Origin: Lama guanicoe
Lineage: Eukaryota
NCBI GenBank assembly: GCA_013239625.1
Contig: MU054187.1
Coordinates: 19,749,929-19,812,097, forward strand
Length of the DNA: 62,169 nucleotides
Direction: 5' to 3'
The notes under the pieces were generated by a model that saw only the letters and a program-made list of their open reading frames with translations, had not been told where the DNA came from and searched no databases. How positions within the stretch are numbered: position 1 is the first letter of the stretch; the number at the start of each line of letters is the position of its first letter. A program made the position numbers and the translations under genes. Shown here one piece after another: positions 1-12,882 of the stretch.

Positions 1-93
1 TTGCAGTGCCGAGTTCATGGCTGGTGCTGAGGAATATTTCTTGAATAAGTGACTGGGCTCTCTCCTTATAAATGTGCCTTCTCTCTTATTTAG

Positions 94-271
94 CTGCGTT
101 GCAGGCACTAAAGAGAAAGAAGAGGTATGAGAAGCAGCTAACTCAGATTGATGGCACCCTTTCCACCATTGAGTTCCAGAGAGAAGCCTTGGAAAACTCA
201 CACACCAACACCGAGGTGTTAAGGAACATGGGCCTTGCAGCGAAAGCAATGAAAGCAGTTCATGAAAACAT
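94..271 (+). CDS. CHMP4C: CHMP4C coding exon (exon 2; first exon lies upstream of the window)
   Basis: Acceptor tttag|CT (AG 92-93) and donor AT|gtgagt at 272; 178 nt; encodes AALQALKRKKRYEKQLTQIDGTLSTIEFQREALENSHTNTEVLRNMGLAAKAMKAVHENM, the Snf7/CHMP4 core. Confidence 0.96.
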
Positions 272-2184
272 GTGAGTGACCTTGGTCTCCCTCTGAGTCA
301 TAAATTCCCTAACCATTGGGATGAGCCTTTGGAACTGTATGATGATTTGGGCAGGAGCGGACTGACTCACTTGAGACTCTTGGACATGTTGTGACAGCAT
401 GCTCCCACAGGGAACGATGACAAATTTATAGTGGCGAAAGACAACAAAAAGTCCGTGAAAAAATAAATTAAAATAATAATGAAGAAAATAATAAAGGATA
501 AATAAAGGACATTGATTTGGCCATTAGTGTTTCCCAGTTCCCTCACTATTGCCTGACACTCTACTTGTAAACACTTTCATTCTGTAATTTTAAAAAGGCT
601 TAAATGTTAACGTCTGTGTGGGTGTTAGACCCATACAACAGTGGTTGTCAAACTTTGCTGAGACTCAAAAATCACTACTAAAGAGAACACAGAAGCTCAG
701 CCTCTTTCAAGAAAGGTAGGGGTGATTCTGATGCTAATGAATTCTTGAGAACCATTGACAGAATAATAGTTAAGAGCATGGCTTTGGGGCCAGATTTTCT
801 GGGTTACAATCCCAGTTCCTGCTGACCGGCCTTGGGCAAATTCCCTTGCCTCTGCCTGATTCAGTTTCCGCGTCTATATACTGGAGGTAATAAAGGTACT
901 TACCTCATGTGGTTATTGTGAGATTCAGAGAGATCCGAGGTATACTACCCTTAGCATGGCTCCCGGCACAACATAATAGCAGTCAGTAGTTGTGGAGGTA
1001 GTGGGGCTAGTGATTCACACTGAGCATCAGTGCCGGGGGCCCAGCCCTTTGTGAGCTTAAAAAAGATAGTGAAGTTTGGGCCAAAGATGCACAAGAGCAA
1101 TGAGTGCCTGAGGGATGGAGAGAAGCTTCCAGGGATGGAAAAAGTGGGAGAGGGAGAGGCTGGGCCCAGTGAAGACATCTTGGCCAGCATTTTCTTGCCA
1201 TGATAATTAATTGCCAATCAGCCAGGGTTTTGACAGCTTCAGACAGCAATCCTAAAATTCATTATCAGAGTCACAACCCTCTGTCGTTGCTGTAAGCCAG
1301 GTGCTAAAATGTATCACAGAATCATAGCCTTTCTCTCCAGGTAGTTTAGCAACATCATCCCTGGGTGTTGTTCCTTTTGAAAAAAATTTTCCTCCCAGGC
1401 CCAAACGTTGGCTATACCTTTCTCATATGATTTTTTAAAAATAAATAATCCTTGTATATTTGTTATAAATATAAGAATTGGAAATAAGGGTGGTAGGAAG
1501 ATGGCAAAAGTAGCCTTTTTGATTACTGCATGGAATTATGTCAAAATACTCAGCTTTTCCCATATATAGAGTCTGGGAAACTTGCATAAAGATTTATTCC
1601 ACTGGGAATCAAAATTTCAGTGTTAATTGCTTAATAACGAGGAAAACTGTCCCTTCTCTGGTATCCGATTTGGCCTAGCTTCAGAGCTGGAGGAATGATT
1701 CAGAGACCAGGTACCAAAGAGGCAGTCCAGATGCTGGCATTCAGATACCGACGACCTAGCTGGGCGGTTCGGGGCCAGTGAAGCTCAGGCTGACTTCAGA
1801 GCAGCTGTCCATCCTGGGCCTGCGGCTACCTGGATTCCTTTGCTAAAGCTGCTAATTCTTCTGAGGAATTCATGGGCCTAATCCTGCTTTCATCAGTAAT
1901 CTCCCAGGCTATGGGAACGTTCTCAGGGAGTCAGGATCTCAGAGCTACTGGGCATTCTCGAAAACAGACCTCTAGTTCCAGAGTTCAGCGTCTCAGAAAA
2001 CTGCTGTCAGATAGCGGCTGCTGAGAGCTGCATGGTTTATCTCAATAACCACGGTGGTTCTTGGTGTTCCATGGCGTCACTTCCTGCAGAGCTGATACAT
2101 GGCAGCACGTATTTAAATTTTACATATGCCCTACCAGACAGAATTTCAACATAAGTGTACAAACATTGTGAGTCATCAAATCGT

Positions 2185-2200
2185 TTGCCCTCTAGTGACT
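2185..2200 (-). promoter_or_regulatory. CTCF motif in a CHMP4C intron
   Basis: - strand AGTCACTAGAGGGCAA; AP-1 site TGAGTCA adjacent at 2169-2175. Confidence 0.55.
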
Positions 2201-2459
2201 CCCGAATGTGATGAGTGCCAATTTAACTTAATGTCTATAATTTAAATGTATATGTACATATACAGAATTGTTACTTTTTTGGAAATGCAAATTCTTTTTA
2301 AAAGTTGATGCATATTAGCAACAGGAATCTTTGTTATCATGCTGAAATGTCTTACGAGTTTATATTAAATTGACACTTTTTTTTCATATGGGATTGTATC
2401 TAAATTCATAATTTTAAAGTCAAATTCTAAAATATGTCAACAAAAATATTATTTCCCAG

Positions 2460-2574
2460 GGATGTGAATAAAATAGACGATTTGATGCAAGAGATCACAG
2501 AGCAGCAGGATATTGCCCAGGAAATCTCAGAAGCGTTTTCTCAACGGGTTGGATTTGGTGATGACTTTGATGAG
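2460..2574 (+). CDS. CHMP4C: CHMP4C coding exon 3
   Basis: tttcccag|G ... GAG|gtgggt; 115 nt; phase fits the previous exon; DVNKIDDLMQEITEQQDIAQEISEAFSQRVGFGDDFDE. Confidence 0.96.
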
Positions 2575-5270
2575 GTGGGTGATACAATATGAAAAATGCA
2601 GTGTTATGGCTGCCGGAAAGGATAGCTTCCCACCATATGGAGCAAGCAGGTTTTCTTACAGATTTCCTTAAATATCATTAAAGAATAAATGATATTTGTT
2701 AGAAATGTACCTGTCTTAAGAGGGAAATAGAGTGTTGGTAGCTCTGATGTGAAGGAGGGATTAATACAGTTTGACAAACAGCCTTTAATTAAGTTTTCAG
2801 CTATTAAGGCAAAGCAGTATGTAAAGTTAGGGACATTTAATGGCTGAAGCCTAAATCGCCCCATTATGAGAAACTGAGTGCTCCCACATCTGGGCAAAAC
2901 AAAGCAGACTGTGTCACTCTGCAAGGAACAGGTGTATCATGCTCTGTGGTTGTTACAGTAGAGGTCAGGCTGGCTCTGTTTATTATTCAGGCAATGAAAC
3001 AAAGTTAATGTGGAGTGGCGTTATTCACACATACATTCCGTTTAGATGAATCAGTCCAATAATACAGACCTGTAATTATAATGGTGGTGTCTGTACTGTG
3101 AATTTCAATTGTTCTACTCAAAACACACGCAAGTAGGGCTAGTACGTATTTTGAAACGTTCCCTGTCCTCAGACTAGCATGGCCGAGAATCTGGCTTCCT
3201 ACACCCACATGGTATTAAAAATGATACATCTGATAAGTAAGATGCAGTTCTGCAGAAACGTGGAACCAGTCCCTGCAGGACTGGGTGGCAACAACTTTTT
3301 GAAACGATCTAGACTAGGGGTTGGAAAAAAAATGTGGCTTTTAGGCCAAATGCTTCCCAAGTTCTGTTTTCATGCGGCCTGTTGAGCTGGATGGTTTTTA
3401 TATGTTTAAAGGATGGCAGAAAAGAACAGCAAGAATGACAATGACAACAAAGATGACTGTTGGACAGAGACCATACATGGTCTTCGATGCCTAAACTGTT
3501 GCTACCTGGCCCTTTACAGAAAAAAGTTTGCCTCTCTCTGGTTAGACTGACAAGCATCTGATGAGTGTGTGATGACGTGGTGGAAAGGGCTCTGGGCTCA
3601 TGAGGACGTCTGGGTTTCCCTATTTATTACTAAGCTTTGTGTAAGTCCCTTTACTTTTTCTGACCCTTAGTTTTCTCGTTTGTAAAATGAAAATGACTGG
3701 CTCACTAGATTATCTCTAAAGTTCCTTAGGTTCTAAAATTCTTTTATCAATGAGTAAATGAGCGTTTGGTACCTAAAGTCTGAAAATGATGGAGATGCTT
3801 ATTCTGTCATCACATATTTGCTAAAGAAAATATCGATATCTTTTCAATGCCACTGATAACTATCAAACACTGTTAGCAATTCTGGGCATCCATTCAGCGT
3901 GGGATGGTGTGGTCTGCTATTACCGTATTTACTGTATTTGCCCCTCATTGTCTTGTGAGCAGAAATAGGATATCAGAATGTTCCTTCTGAAGGTGTCATT
4001 TTTATACAGCCTGTGGAGAACCGTGAAGCCCACGACTACATTGAGGGCACTGTTCCACATGGTCTCATGCTACACGCTTTCATGTTTACTTCCTTTTTAT
4101 GTGGCAGTTGTAACAGTGGTCAGACAGTCATTGAGCTTGCTGTTTGTCTGATACACGCTGACTCGATCAAATATTGTAATTGGCTTAAGGATCTCCACTC
4201 TTGGCCCGTAGTATTGTTACTCTCATCTTAATATAGAATAATTATTTGCTTATGCACCTTTCTCCCGCATTCAGTAAGCTCCTTAAAGACAGGGACTGTT
4301 CATTCAACTTTGTCTCCCCAGCCCTGAGGTTAGTACCTGGCCAGGAGTAAGCTCTCAATAAATTTATTCAATGATGAGTGAATGAATAAATGAAGAACCT
4401 CCTTTGTTCAGTGATGAGTGAATGAATAAATGGTTGAATATAAGGGTGTCTTAGGTCACCTCTAATGATGACAGCCTAAGAAGTCTAATGATGAAAAAAT
4501 CTAGTTTTGACTCCCAGCCTTTCTCAGGTGCCTTGGATGCCGGCTGTGGGCTCATGGAGCCAGTTAGACCTCAACTAGCACAAGTCATCTCATATCCATA
4601 ATAAGATGACTTTTACCCGTTAAGTCTCAAACTAATCTTGCCTCTCTAAGGTTCCTGACACAGAGAGCAGTTTATGATTAAACCAGACTCTGGGACTACC
4701 GCTAAAAGAAAGAAATACAATGCACTTACCTTGAGCTGAAGCCTTCTTAACTCAAACACACAGCATGTTTTTTTTTTTTTTATTGGCTTTGGTAATTAAA
4801 TGAAGGAACCATATTATCTTTGATTCTTTTTACTTTCAGTGTGTTATGGTTTTGTTATACCTGTTACTTTCAATAGCATTAGTGCAAATGAAAATATTTA
4901 TTTCCTCCTGTTGAAGTTTCACAGATTCTTAATTCTTAACAGTAGAAAATAAAAGATACATTGGAAAAATGACAGGCAAGGTGTAAATTTCCTAGAAACT
5001 GTGGAGGTGATATATTCAGCTTGCACAAATTACTTGAAAAGCTGTTGACTGAAGTATTATAAGATTAACTCCAACAAATTTGCACAACCCCAAATATTCA
5101 GATTTTAATTCTTGCTCAGTGTTGCAAAAAAGATTTAGCCTTAAAATAAATATTCCATTTCACTGGGTTCTCACGTATCAACTGGGGAGCAGATGTTCTT
5201 GTTACTGTGTTTGAGGAAACCCACTTCTTGAAACATTAACTCCATAATTCTTCCTTTCTCCTGTGTTCAG

Positions 5271-5436
5271 GATGAGTTGATGGCAGAGCTTGAAGAACTG
5301 GAGCAGGAAGAATTAAATAAGAAGATGACAAATATCCGACTTCCAAGTGTGCCTTCGTCCTCCCTCCCCGCACAGCCAGGCAGGGTGCCGGGTCAGATGC
5401 CGAGCATGCCCTCCTCTGCACATCGAGCCCGAGCAG
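5271..5436 (+). CDS. CHMP4C: CHMP4C coding exon 4
   Basis: tgttcag|GAT ... GCAG|gtctgt; 166 nt; DELMAELEELEQEELNKKMTNIRLPSVPSSSLPAQPGRVPGQMPSMPSSAHRARA, including the CHMP4C-specific insert region. Confidence 0.95.
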
Positions 5437-5618
5437 GTCTGTTCCCCACCTCAACCTCCTGGGGTCAAATAGCTCCCTGAAATAATAGCCAGGCCCATCC
5501 CTTTTAGCACTTTTCAGAAATATATGCCTTTCTGTACATAATTTATACCTGATTGTGTGTGAATATTGAAAGTATGAATGTCACCAGTGTCTAATTTTTA
5601 CCCATTTTTTGGTTCCAG

Positions 5619-5683
5619 CATCTTCCAGGAGGGCAGAAGAAGAGGACGATGATATCAAACAACTGGCAGCTTGGGCTACTTAA
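5619..5683 (+). CDS. CHMP4C: CHMP4C last coding exon (ALIX-binding C-terminal helix), stop TAA 5681-5683
   Basis: ttccag|CA; ASSRRAEEEDDDIKQLAAWAT*, the characteristic CHMP4C C-terminus. Confidence 0.96.
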
Positions 5684-6560
5684 ATCAAAACGGAATTTTT
5701 TGACTCCTAAAATGAGCTGTACATAAGACATAAAAATATCTTTTTGCCAAAATCAGAAATTAACAGAGAGTCCATTTTATATTTATACTGGGTGAATAAT
5801 TGTCTTTTAAGCCTTGTAAGTAAAGGTTTAAAAAGCAGTCGTGTATACATATAGGACCAGGGATGGAAAGGGACTTCTTAATTGCCTTTGAGAAGATCTC
5901 TCCAGACTGATGGGAGGGGGCGTTCTGCCTTGTTTCTTACTGTGTTTCCAGTCCTGGTACATAGTTGATACTCTCTATATATTTGTTGACAGAAAACTGA
6001 ATTCTATTAACATATGAAACATACAACAGTTTATAAGCCGTCTAAGAGTGATGTGTTTAGGATAGCTGGGGGAAATGACTTCCTTTCCTATGCGAATGCA
6101 AGTTTGCCGTGTGTATCCATGTTACAAGGTAACGAAGCCATGGTGAATGTAAAAGAAATGTGCCTTTTGTAGGAGAGACTTCCTGTAGGGGAGTCTGGTG
6201 TGAGTCTTTACATAAAGATTTTCACTTTTGAGTTTTGCAGTTTAAAATCTTAAAGGAGTTTTAATTGGCGTTTATTATGCCAATTAAGCTTGGAATGGGG
6301 CAATGGATGCATTTCCCAAAATGTCTGAAAGCGCTAACAGCTTACACTGCTGAGCGAGGATCTCCCGGGTGTAATGTAGCCACTTAGGGAGCTGCGTTAA
6401 CATCCCCAGGCCATTATGATGCTGTTCCGGCTTCAGCGTGCTAAATGTGTGGATGTTCATTCTTTTCTGTTTTGTGCTCTCTTGTACATTTATTTACACT
6501 TTGCATCATTTTTCTTGTGAATACATACAAATATAGGCAATTAAAAGTATATCTGGAATC
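5684..6560 (+). other. CHMP4C: CHMP4C 3' UTR (end approximate)
   Basis: Repeat-free AT-rich stretch after the stop codon; Pumilio element TGTACATA at 5718-5725; candidate poly(A) signal ATTAAA at 6540-6545. Confidence 0.6.
6540..6545 (+). terminator. Candidate CHMP4C polyadenylation signal ATTAAA
   Basis: Variant hexamer ~860 nt after the stop, shortly before repeat-derived DNA begins. Confidence 0.45.
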
Positions 6561-7209
6561 AAATTTTGGCCATAATGATTTTTAAATGAGAGTAAATTAC
6601 AAAATTGTGTATTGCCCATAATGTGTCATGGACCAGAAAATGACAAATGCCATTATATAAAGTGATCTCATATTCCCAACATTTGCTTAATGACATAGTG
6701 AAATGGAAAGTACACTAGACCTGGAAGTAGGAGTCCCGGATTCCATCGCCTGCAATACCACTAACACTGTGTGACCAGGCAAGTCATAAACTCCCAGCCT
6801 CTGTTTCTTCATTGGGAAATCTAAGAATTGGACTTAATGATGTCTAATGGTCCCATCCTGCCCCAGGCCTTTTGTATATGCTGTTCTTCTTAGCAGACTT
6901 CCCAGCCTCTAACACAGACACCAAATCTTATTTATTCCTTAAATCTCAAGATGTCTTTTGTTTTGGGAAACTTCTCCTGATTGCAGACCGTGTCTCCCTG
7001 TTGTGTGCTTTCATGTCAGTCTTCTCTCCCCTATCACCTACCGTGGTTTCTGTTGCATATTTACTTGAGCAATCACTTAACTATTATTGTTCTTCCCTGC
7101 TGGCCTGTGGCAACTTGGACTGTGCCTCTTCCAGTTCAATTCCACCGTGGATCTCTGCACAGTCCCTCATATACAGTTGGCATCTAATAAAGATTAAATG
7201 AATGACTTA

Positions 7210-8590
7210 ACAGGACCTGGATTTATCTTTCACCTTCAAACAACTAGAAGATCAGACAAAATATATGAAGCAACAGTTTATAGATGTTGGACAAAGGGCA
7301 GCGCTAGACTAAGATTCCTGAGAGGCAAACAAATGAAATGAATACTTCCAGGGCCCGGCTCACTGCCTTCACAGGGAAGGGGGACCCAAACAGAGCCTGC
7401 TGGCCTTGCTGAGTGGAGGAACTCTTGGGGGGAGATTCCCGGAAAGGAGGTTGCTGCGGAGAGAAAGCAAGAGAGAGAGAGAGCATTCTGGAGACATGCA
7501 GAGGGATCCCTTCAAGTCCTTGGCTGAGAACTGATCTGTGTACGTGTACGAGGAACCTACTGAGGACGGGGAGAACCACCGGAAAGGAGCGGGCGGATCC
7601 ATCCCCAGGGCTCACACAGGCTGGGAGTAGTTTGCGTTCACCCTGGCCATAGTGGGGAACCTCCTAATGCAGGGGCATCAGACTGAGTCCTCAGAAGGGT
7701 CCTGCTTCAGGAGTGAGGTCATATTACGCCTAGACTAAAGGCTGTTCTGGGCTCATGCTAAAAAGCCTGAAAGTAACCTTCAGAAGGTTGAAATGAATCC
7801 AAGTAACTTAACTGCATCTCAGAAGAAAACCCCTCAATACTTAAAAGAAAATAAAAGCTAGTAAGTAGCGACAAACAAAGCAACTAAAATAAAACTGGTA
7901 CCCAACAGCATCAAATTCATAAAGTTGGGGCATCCAATCAAAAAACTTCAGGTATGCAAAGAAGCAGGAAAAAACAACCCCAGGCCAGGAGAAGACTCAA
8001 ACAGTAGGAACAGAATCAGAAATGACATAGATGGTGGGATTTGAAGGAAAAGGATATTAAAACAGCTAAAAAAGTGCATTTTCTATGTTCGTTAAAAATG
8101 CTATAGTGAATATACTCCATATGTTTGAGGAAGAAGAGAAAAGTACGATCACAATGGAAGGAGACATGGCAGATATTTTTAAAAGAATTGAAATTCTAGA
8201 GATGAAAACTACATTATCTGAAACGAAAAATACAGAATATGGTGGATGGGATTAACATCAGATTAGATGTTGCATAAGAAAAGGTTAGTGAACTTAAGGA
8301 CACAGCAACAGAAATTATTCTAAATTAAATACTGAAAAGAAAAAAAAAGACTGGAAAAAATAAAGTAAGTAAGCTGTGAGACCATATTTAACTGCCTAAC
8401 ATGAAGGTAATTGGAGTCCTGGAATTGTGGTGGGCTGAGTGGATGGTTTTTGAGTGTGAGGGTGGGGGAGGGATAAAATAAAAAAATATGTATCTTTGTA
8501 GAAATAATGGCTGAAAAATTTCCCAGTTTGGTGTACTCTATAAACCGTACAGTTTAGTGAAGCTTAACACACCTCAAGGAGAAATTCCTA
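7210..8590 (+). mobile_element. Ancient L1 5' UTR/ORF1 remnant
   Basis: A-rich degenerate ORF1-like sequence (gaaataatggctgaaaaatttccc etc.). Confidence 0.6.
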
Positions 8591-8869
8591 TGTCTTTCAA
8601 TAAAGAAAGTTATTGTGGAATGTTAAAACATCAGTATCTCATGACTGAGACCTGAGACATGTTTGAACATCTCTGCTCACCTTCTTAAACACAGTTCTGC
8701 TAGGCCTGTGAGGTCCAAACGGCATCCCTGAGCACCTGAAATGTGGACAGTGCAGTTGAGGGACTGAATTTTTTATTTCATTTAGTTTTAATTAGCTTCT
8801 AAACTAATTCTCAATTCAGTTATTAAAAAAACTTGAAGCATGCTTGGAAAAACTTGAGTACATACTTCT

Positions 8870-9223
8870 TTCTCTTTTTTTGAACACTTTTTTATTGGGT
8901 TATAGTTATTTTTAAATGTTGTATCAAATACCAGTGTAGAGCACAATTTTTCAGTTATACATGAAGATACATGTATTCACTGTCACATTTTTTTTTCTCT
9001 GTGAGCTACCACAGGATCTTGTATACATTTCCCTGTGCTATACAGTATAATCTTGGTTATCTATTCTACATTTTGAAATCCCAGTCTGTCCCTTCTCACT
9101 CCCCGCCCCCTTGACAACCACAAGTTTGTATTCTATGTCTATGAGTCTGTTTCTGTTTTGTATTTAAGTTTTGTTTACATTCCACGTATGAATGATCTCA
9201 TAGAGTATTTTTCTTTCTCTTTC
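8870..9223 (-). mobile_element. 5'-truncated young L1 3' end inserted into a MER33/MER3-like hAT-Charlie fossil (~8690-9550)
   Basis: L1 3' UTR motifs; TSD tgagtacata at 8855-8864 and 9224-9233; MER-like sequence continues on both sides. Confidence 0.75.
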
Positions 9224-9730
9224 TGAGTACATAGTTTTTTCAACTGTAAAATTTATAAAATCTATACACAGAAAAAGTATTGCTGATTGAAATTTGCATC
9301 TGAATTCAGGTGTGCTTCAAGTGTAAAATATATGTTGGATTTCAAAGACTTAGTATAAAAAGAATGTAGAATATCTCCTTAATACTTTTATATTGATTTC
9401 ATATTGACATATTATTTTGGATATATTGGGTTAAGTAAAATTTATTATTAAAAATTATTTCCCCTGTTTCTTTTTACCTTTTTTGAATGTGGCTTCTTGG
9501 AAACTGAAAAGTTATATATGTGGCTCAATGATATTTCTGTTGGTTAGCCTTGGACAAGGTCAACTCCTCTTTAGCAGTGAGGGCACCAGTAATATATAAT
9601 TTGAAGTACTAAAATGCAAAGGGTTAAAAACAAAAGAAATTTAGCAAAAGGTGACATCTTACTCTGAAAATAAAATACTCTGAAATAAAATCATGTTGTA
9701 CCTCTGTTCACAGTAGAGAAGGAGTGAAAG

Positions 9731-10004
9731 ACAGACATAGAAAACAAACTTATGGTGACCAGGGGGTAAGGTGGGAGAGAGGGATACATTGGGAGTTTGG
9801 GATTAGCAGATGAAAACTACTGTGTACAGAAGAGATAAACAACAAAGTCCTAGGGAACTATATTCAATGGCGTGTCATAACCTGTAATGAAAAAGAATAT
9901 GAAAAAGATTATATATACATATATACTGAATCACTATGCTATGTACCCGAAACTAATACAACATTGTAAATCAACTATACTTCCATTTTTAAAAATGGGG
10001 GGAA
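9731..10004 (+). mobile_element. 5'-truncated L1 3' end
   Basis: acagacatagaaaacaaacttatgg...tcaactatacttcc; TSD aaggagtgaaag at 9719-9730 and 10005-10016. Confidence 0.8.
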
Positions 10005-11119
10005 AAGGAGTGAAAGTAAATCATCCTTATGTTGAAAAGGTATTAAAAAGAATAAAGGTATTAATCAGACATCTAAAGCTGTTTCCAGCAAGCCGTCCTT
10101 AGAATGGAAGAACCTTTGTTTGGAAGTTATAAATTATGGGATGTTTGTTAAAAATTGGTCTCACTACATTACAGGGGTACCCGAGGGGTGGCTCTCCATT
10201 TGGGTCAGGGTTGGAGAGCTAGTATTTTGCGTTTTGTATTTTTAAATAAAATGTTTTCTAATATATCCTTTGGGTTTTTTTCTTCTTTTTGGTCATAAGA
10301 AGTGCATTCAACATACCTTAAGAGAGAAACTTGGATTTATTGGCAGTGATTCAGATATTTCCCAGAATCAAAGAAAATGTTTCAAATGCAAATTAGAGGA
10401 GGATCAGAAAATAGGGAGGCTCAGTAGTCAGATCTAAGGGAGTCCTTCTTCTGAGATGCCCATTGTTTAAAAAAAAAAAAAAAGGAACCTGCTACCATTT
10501 TGGCAAGCTGTTATTCTGCTTAAGAGTCAAATTCTAGAGCCAGAATATCTGACTGATCAGCCTTGGCTCATGTAACTACCTCTGGAATAACCATCTAGAC
10601 CCTCATGAACTGAGACGCAGGAAGGGAGGTTTGCTAAAACATAATCAAGGTGGACCTACCTGAAGAAGAGGGAATGGATGCTCGCCACCTAATACTAAAA
10701 GCACCACCTCATACTACACATGTCGTCTCAACAGCTGAGGGTCGTTAAATCTGAACTCCGGCGTCTCCTCATTCTTGGCAAACATAAAGTCTGAGTATCG
10801 ATTTATTAGCAGAAACTGGACGAGCAGATAGTTTCCACACCACAATGGTGTCATCTGTCATGGGCTATCTATACATCAACTGAGTGCAAAGCATCTTATT
10901 CGATATTTCTCTTAGTTTGTAAAACATGGCTATGAATTAGGTATTAATTAATCACTTAATATAATTAGTCATTAATAATAAATTTGAAAGTGGCTCAAAA
11001 AGATTAAGCAGCTTCCTGAGGCCACACGATTGCTAAATTAAGATTAAGAATTTGAATTCAGGTTTCCTTTAGTTCAATATCTATAGTCTTACTTAAGAAA
11101 ATAACCATCTTTTGAAGTG

Positions 11120-11269
11120 TTCTTATTTATTTTTTATTCATTTATTTTATTTTGGGAGGAGGTAATTAGGTTTTTATTTATTTACCTTTTTTAATGGAGG
11201 TACTGGGGATTGAACCCAGGACCTCATGCATGCTAGGCATGTGCTCTGCCACTGAGCTATATCCTCCCC
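11120..11269 (-). mobile_element. tRNA-derived SINE (camelid Vic-1-like)
   Basis: - strand GGGGAGGATATAGCTCAGTGGCAGAGCACATGCCTAGCATGCATGAGGTCCTGGGTTCAATCCCCAGTACCTCC, then an AT-rich/cctaattacc tail. Confidence 0.85.
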
Positions 11270-12459
11270 TTTAATACCTGTATTTTAACTCTTTCCCTTT
11301 ATCTCTACTGATACCAGTGCTTTCCTCACAGGATGACAGGCATAAAATCCTTAAGAACATAGTTCCAGACAATAGAATCCAAGAAAGGACCATCCCTGCA
11401 GTGCACTGCCTTAGTGAGATTAAGCTTTAACTTCTACTGGCCTTTCTCCTAGAGAGTTGTTTTACTTTGGACAATGCAAAACTTCATAAGCCTAGAACTG
11501 TGTAATGGGTCAGATGGACTGTGTTTGTCTGTTTACCTGATAGAGTTTGTTCGTTTAAAGGACATTTATGCTTTTTGCAGAGAAAGAAAACAAACTTCAG
11601 CCCAAAAGATTAAGCCAATGACAGTTCTAACACTGGTTCCCCTCAGTCCCTATTTGAAAAGCTAGTCCTTTCTGCAGTTATTCATCAAGATTATTGAGTT
11701 CAAGATCGTGTTCTAAAACCAGGTTCAAAGGAATTTGAGCTGTTTTTACTCTGAGCTGTTCAACTGCTTTCCTGAAGATGCTTGTTGGCAGGATCTTAAG
11801 CACTCTGTCATGGACGAAGGCTTCCGATGACTGCAGTGCCTTGTCACCCAGTGCAGATTTTAAAGCGCAGGACAGCTAAATGTGTGACGTGGACACTCCC
11901 TGAGACCCAGAGTCATTACGTGCTTGTGAGCTCCCCTCTTTCCTTCTCTCAAAACGTTTTGCTTTTTAATGGTTTTAAAAACACTGAGTAAAATAACATA
12001 AATAAGACTTGGATCAAGCTTATTTTCAAAGGGGTAGAAGTACAATTGCTAAATCTTTGAATTTCTAAAAGCATTGATAAATAAAACAAGTCTGAAGTTA
12101 GAGTGTTTTTGTACCATTTGAAATAATTAAGTGTATCATTTATTAATCTGACCCTAAAAGCATGAACTTGGAATATAATTTGCCTGCCCCTTCATGACAA
12201 TAGACTAGATCGTGAGGTTCCTGAGGGCAAGAACTATAAACAAATGGTCCTAACCAACCAAACCACAAAACAGATAAAAAGGTGAAGAACTGACAAATAC
12301 TTATTGAGTATCTATGCTTAGTACCAGAGATGCAAAGTTAGGTAAGGCTTGTTTATCACAGGGGGTGGTGCAGCCTAGTGGGTCCAGAGCATGGCTGCTG
12401 ATTTAGGCTGCTGAGCTGGTCCAAGTGCTGGCTCCATCAATTACTAGCTGCTTGACTAT

Positions 12460-12809
12460 TACTGGCCGGGCTCCCTGGCGAGCTGACTCTGAGATGGAAA
12501 ATAGAGTGCAGGAGGTTTAGTAAGGAAAATTTTTGGCATCAACACCCAAGGGGAAAAAGGGGGAAGGAAGAAGAATTGGATAGAAGGAGAAGTTGAGCTG
12601 CAATGCAGTCTAAAAGGAAGCTTTCAATGACCCCGTGAGACACTAAGATGTGATGTCTGGATGCAGGCAATGCCCCATGGGGATCAGTCATTGAATGTGG
12701 GTGCCTTGAAAACAGGGCATCGTCCTGGGTGACAACCCTTCAAACAGATGAGGGAGTAAGTCTTCTCTTGAAGGGGGATTTGAAAGGTATATTACAGCTT
12801 CCACCACAG
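12460..12809 (-). mobile_element. ERVL LTR (LTR16-like) inserted in a MIR
   Basis: actctgagatgg...gagtgcaggaggttta...ggagaagttgagctgcaatgcag pattern; MIR fragments on both sides. Confidence 0.5.
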
Positions 12810-12882
12810 TGACTTTAGATAATTTAACTCTGTTGACCCTTATTTTCTTCATTTATGAGTATTTTACAGATATCTTTATAGG

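Noticed and set aside
4367..4433. Short direct repeat ttca(a/g)tgatgagtgaatgaataaatg with a spacer
   Set aside because: Only two copies, derived from an L2 (TGAA)n tail; not an array or CRISPR-like structure.
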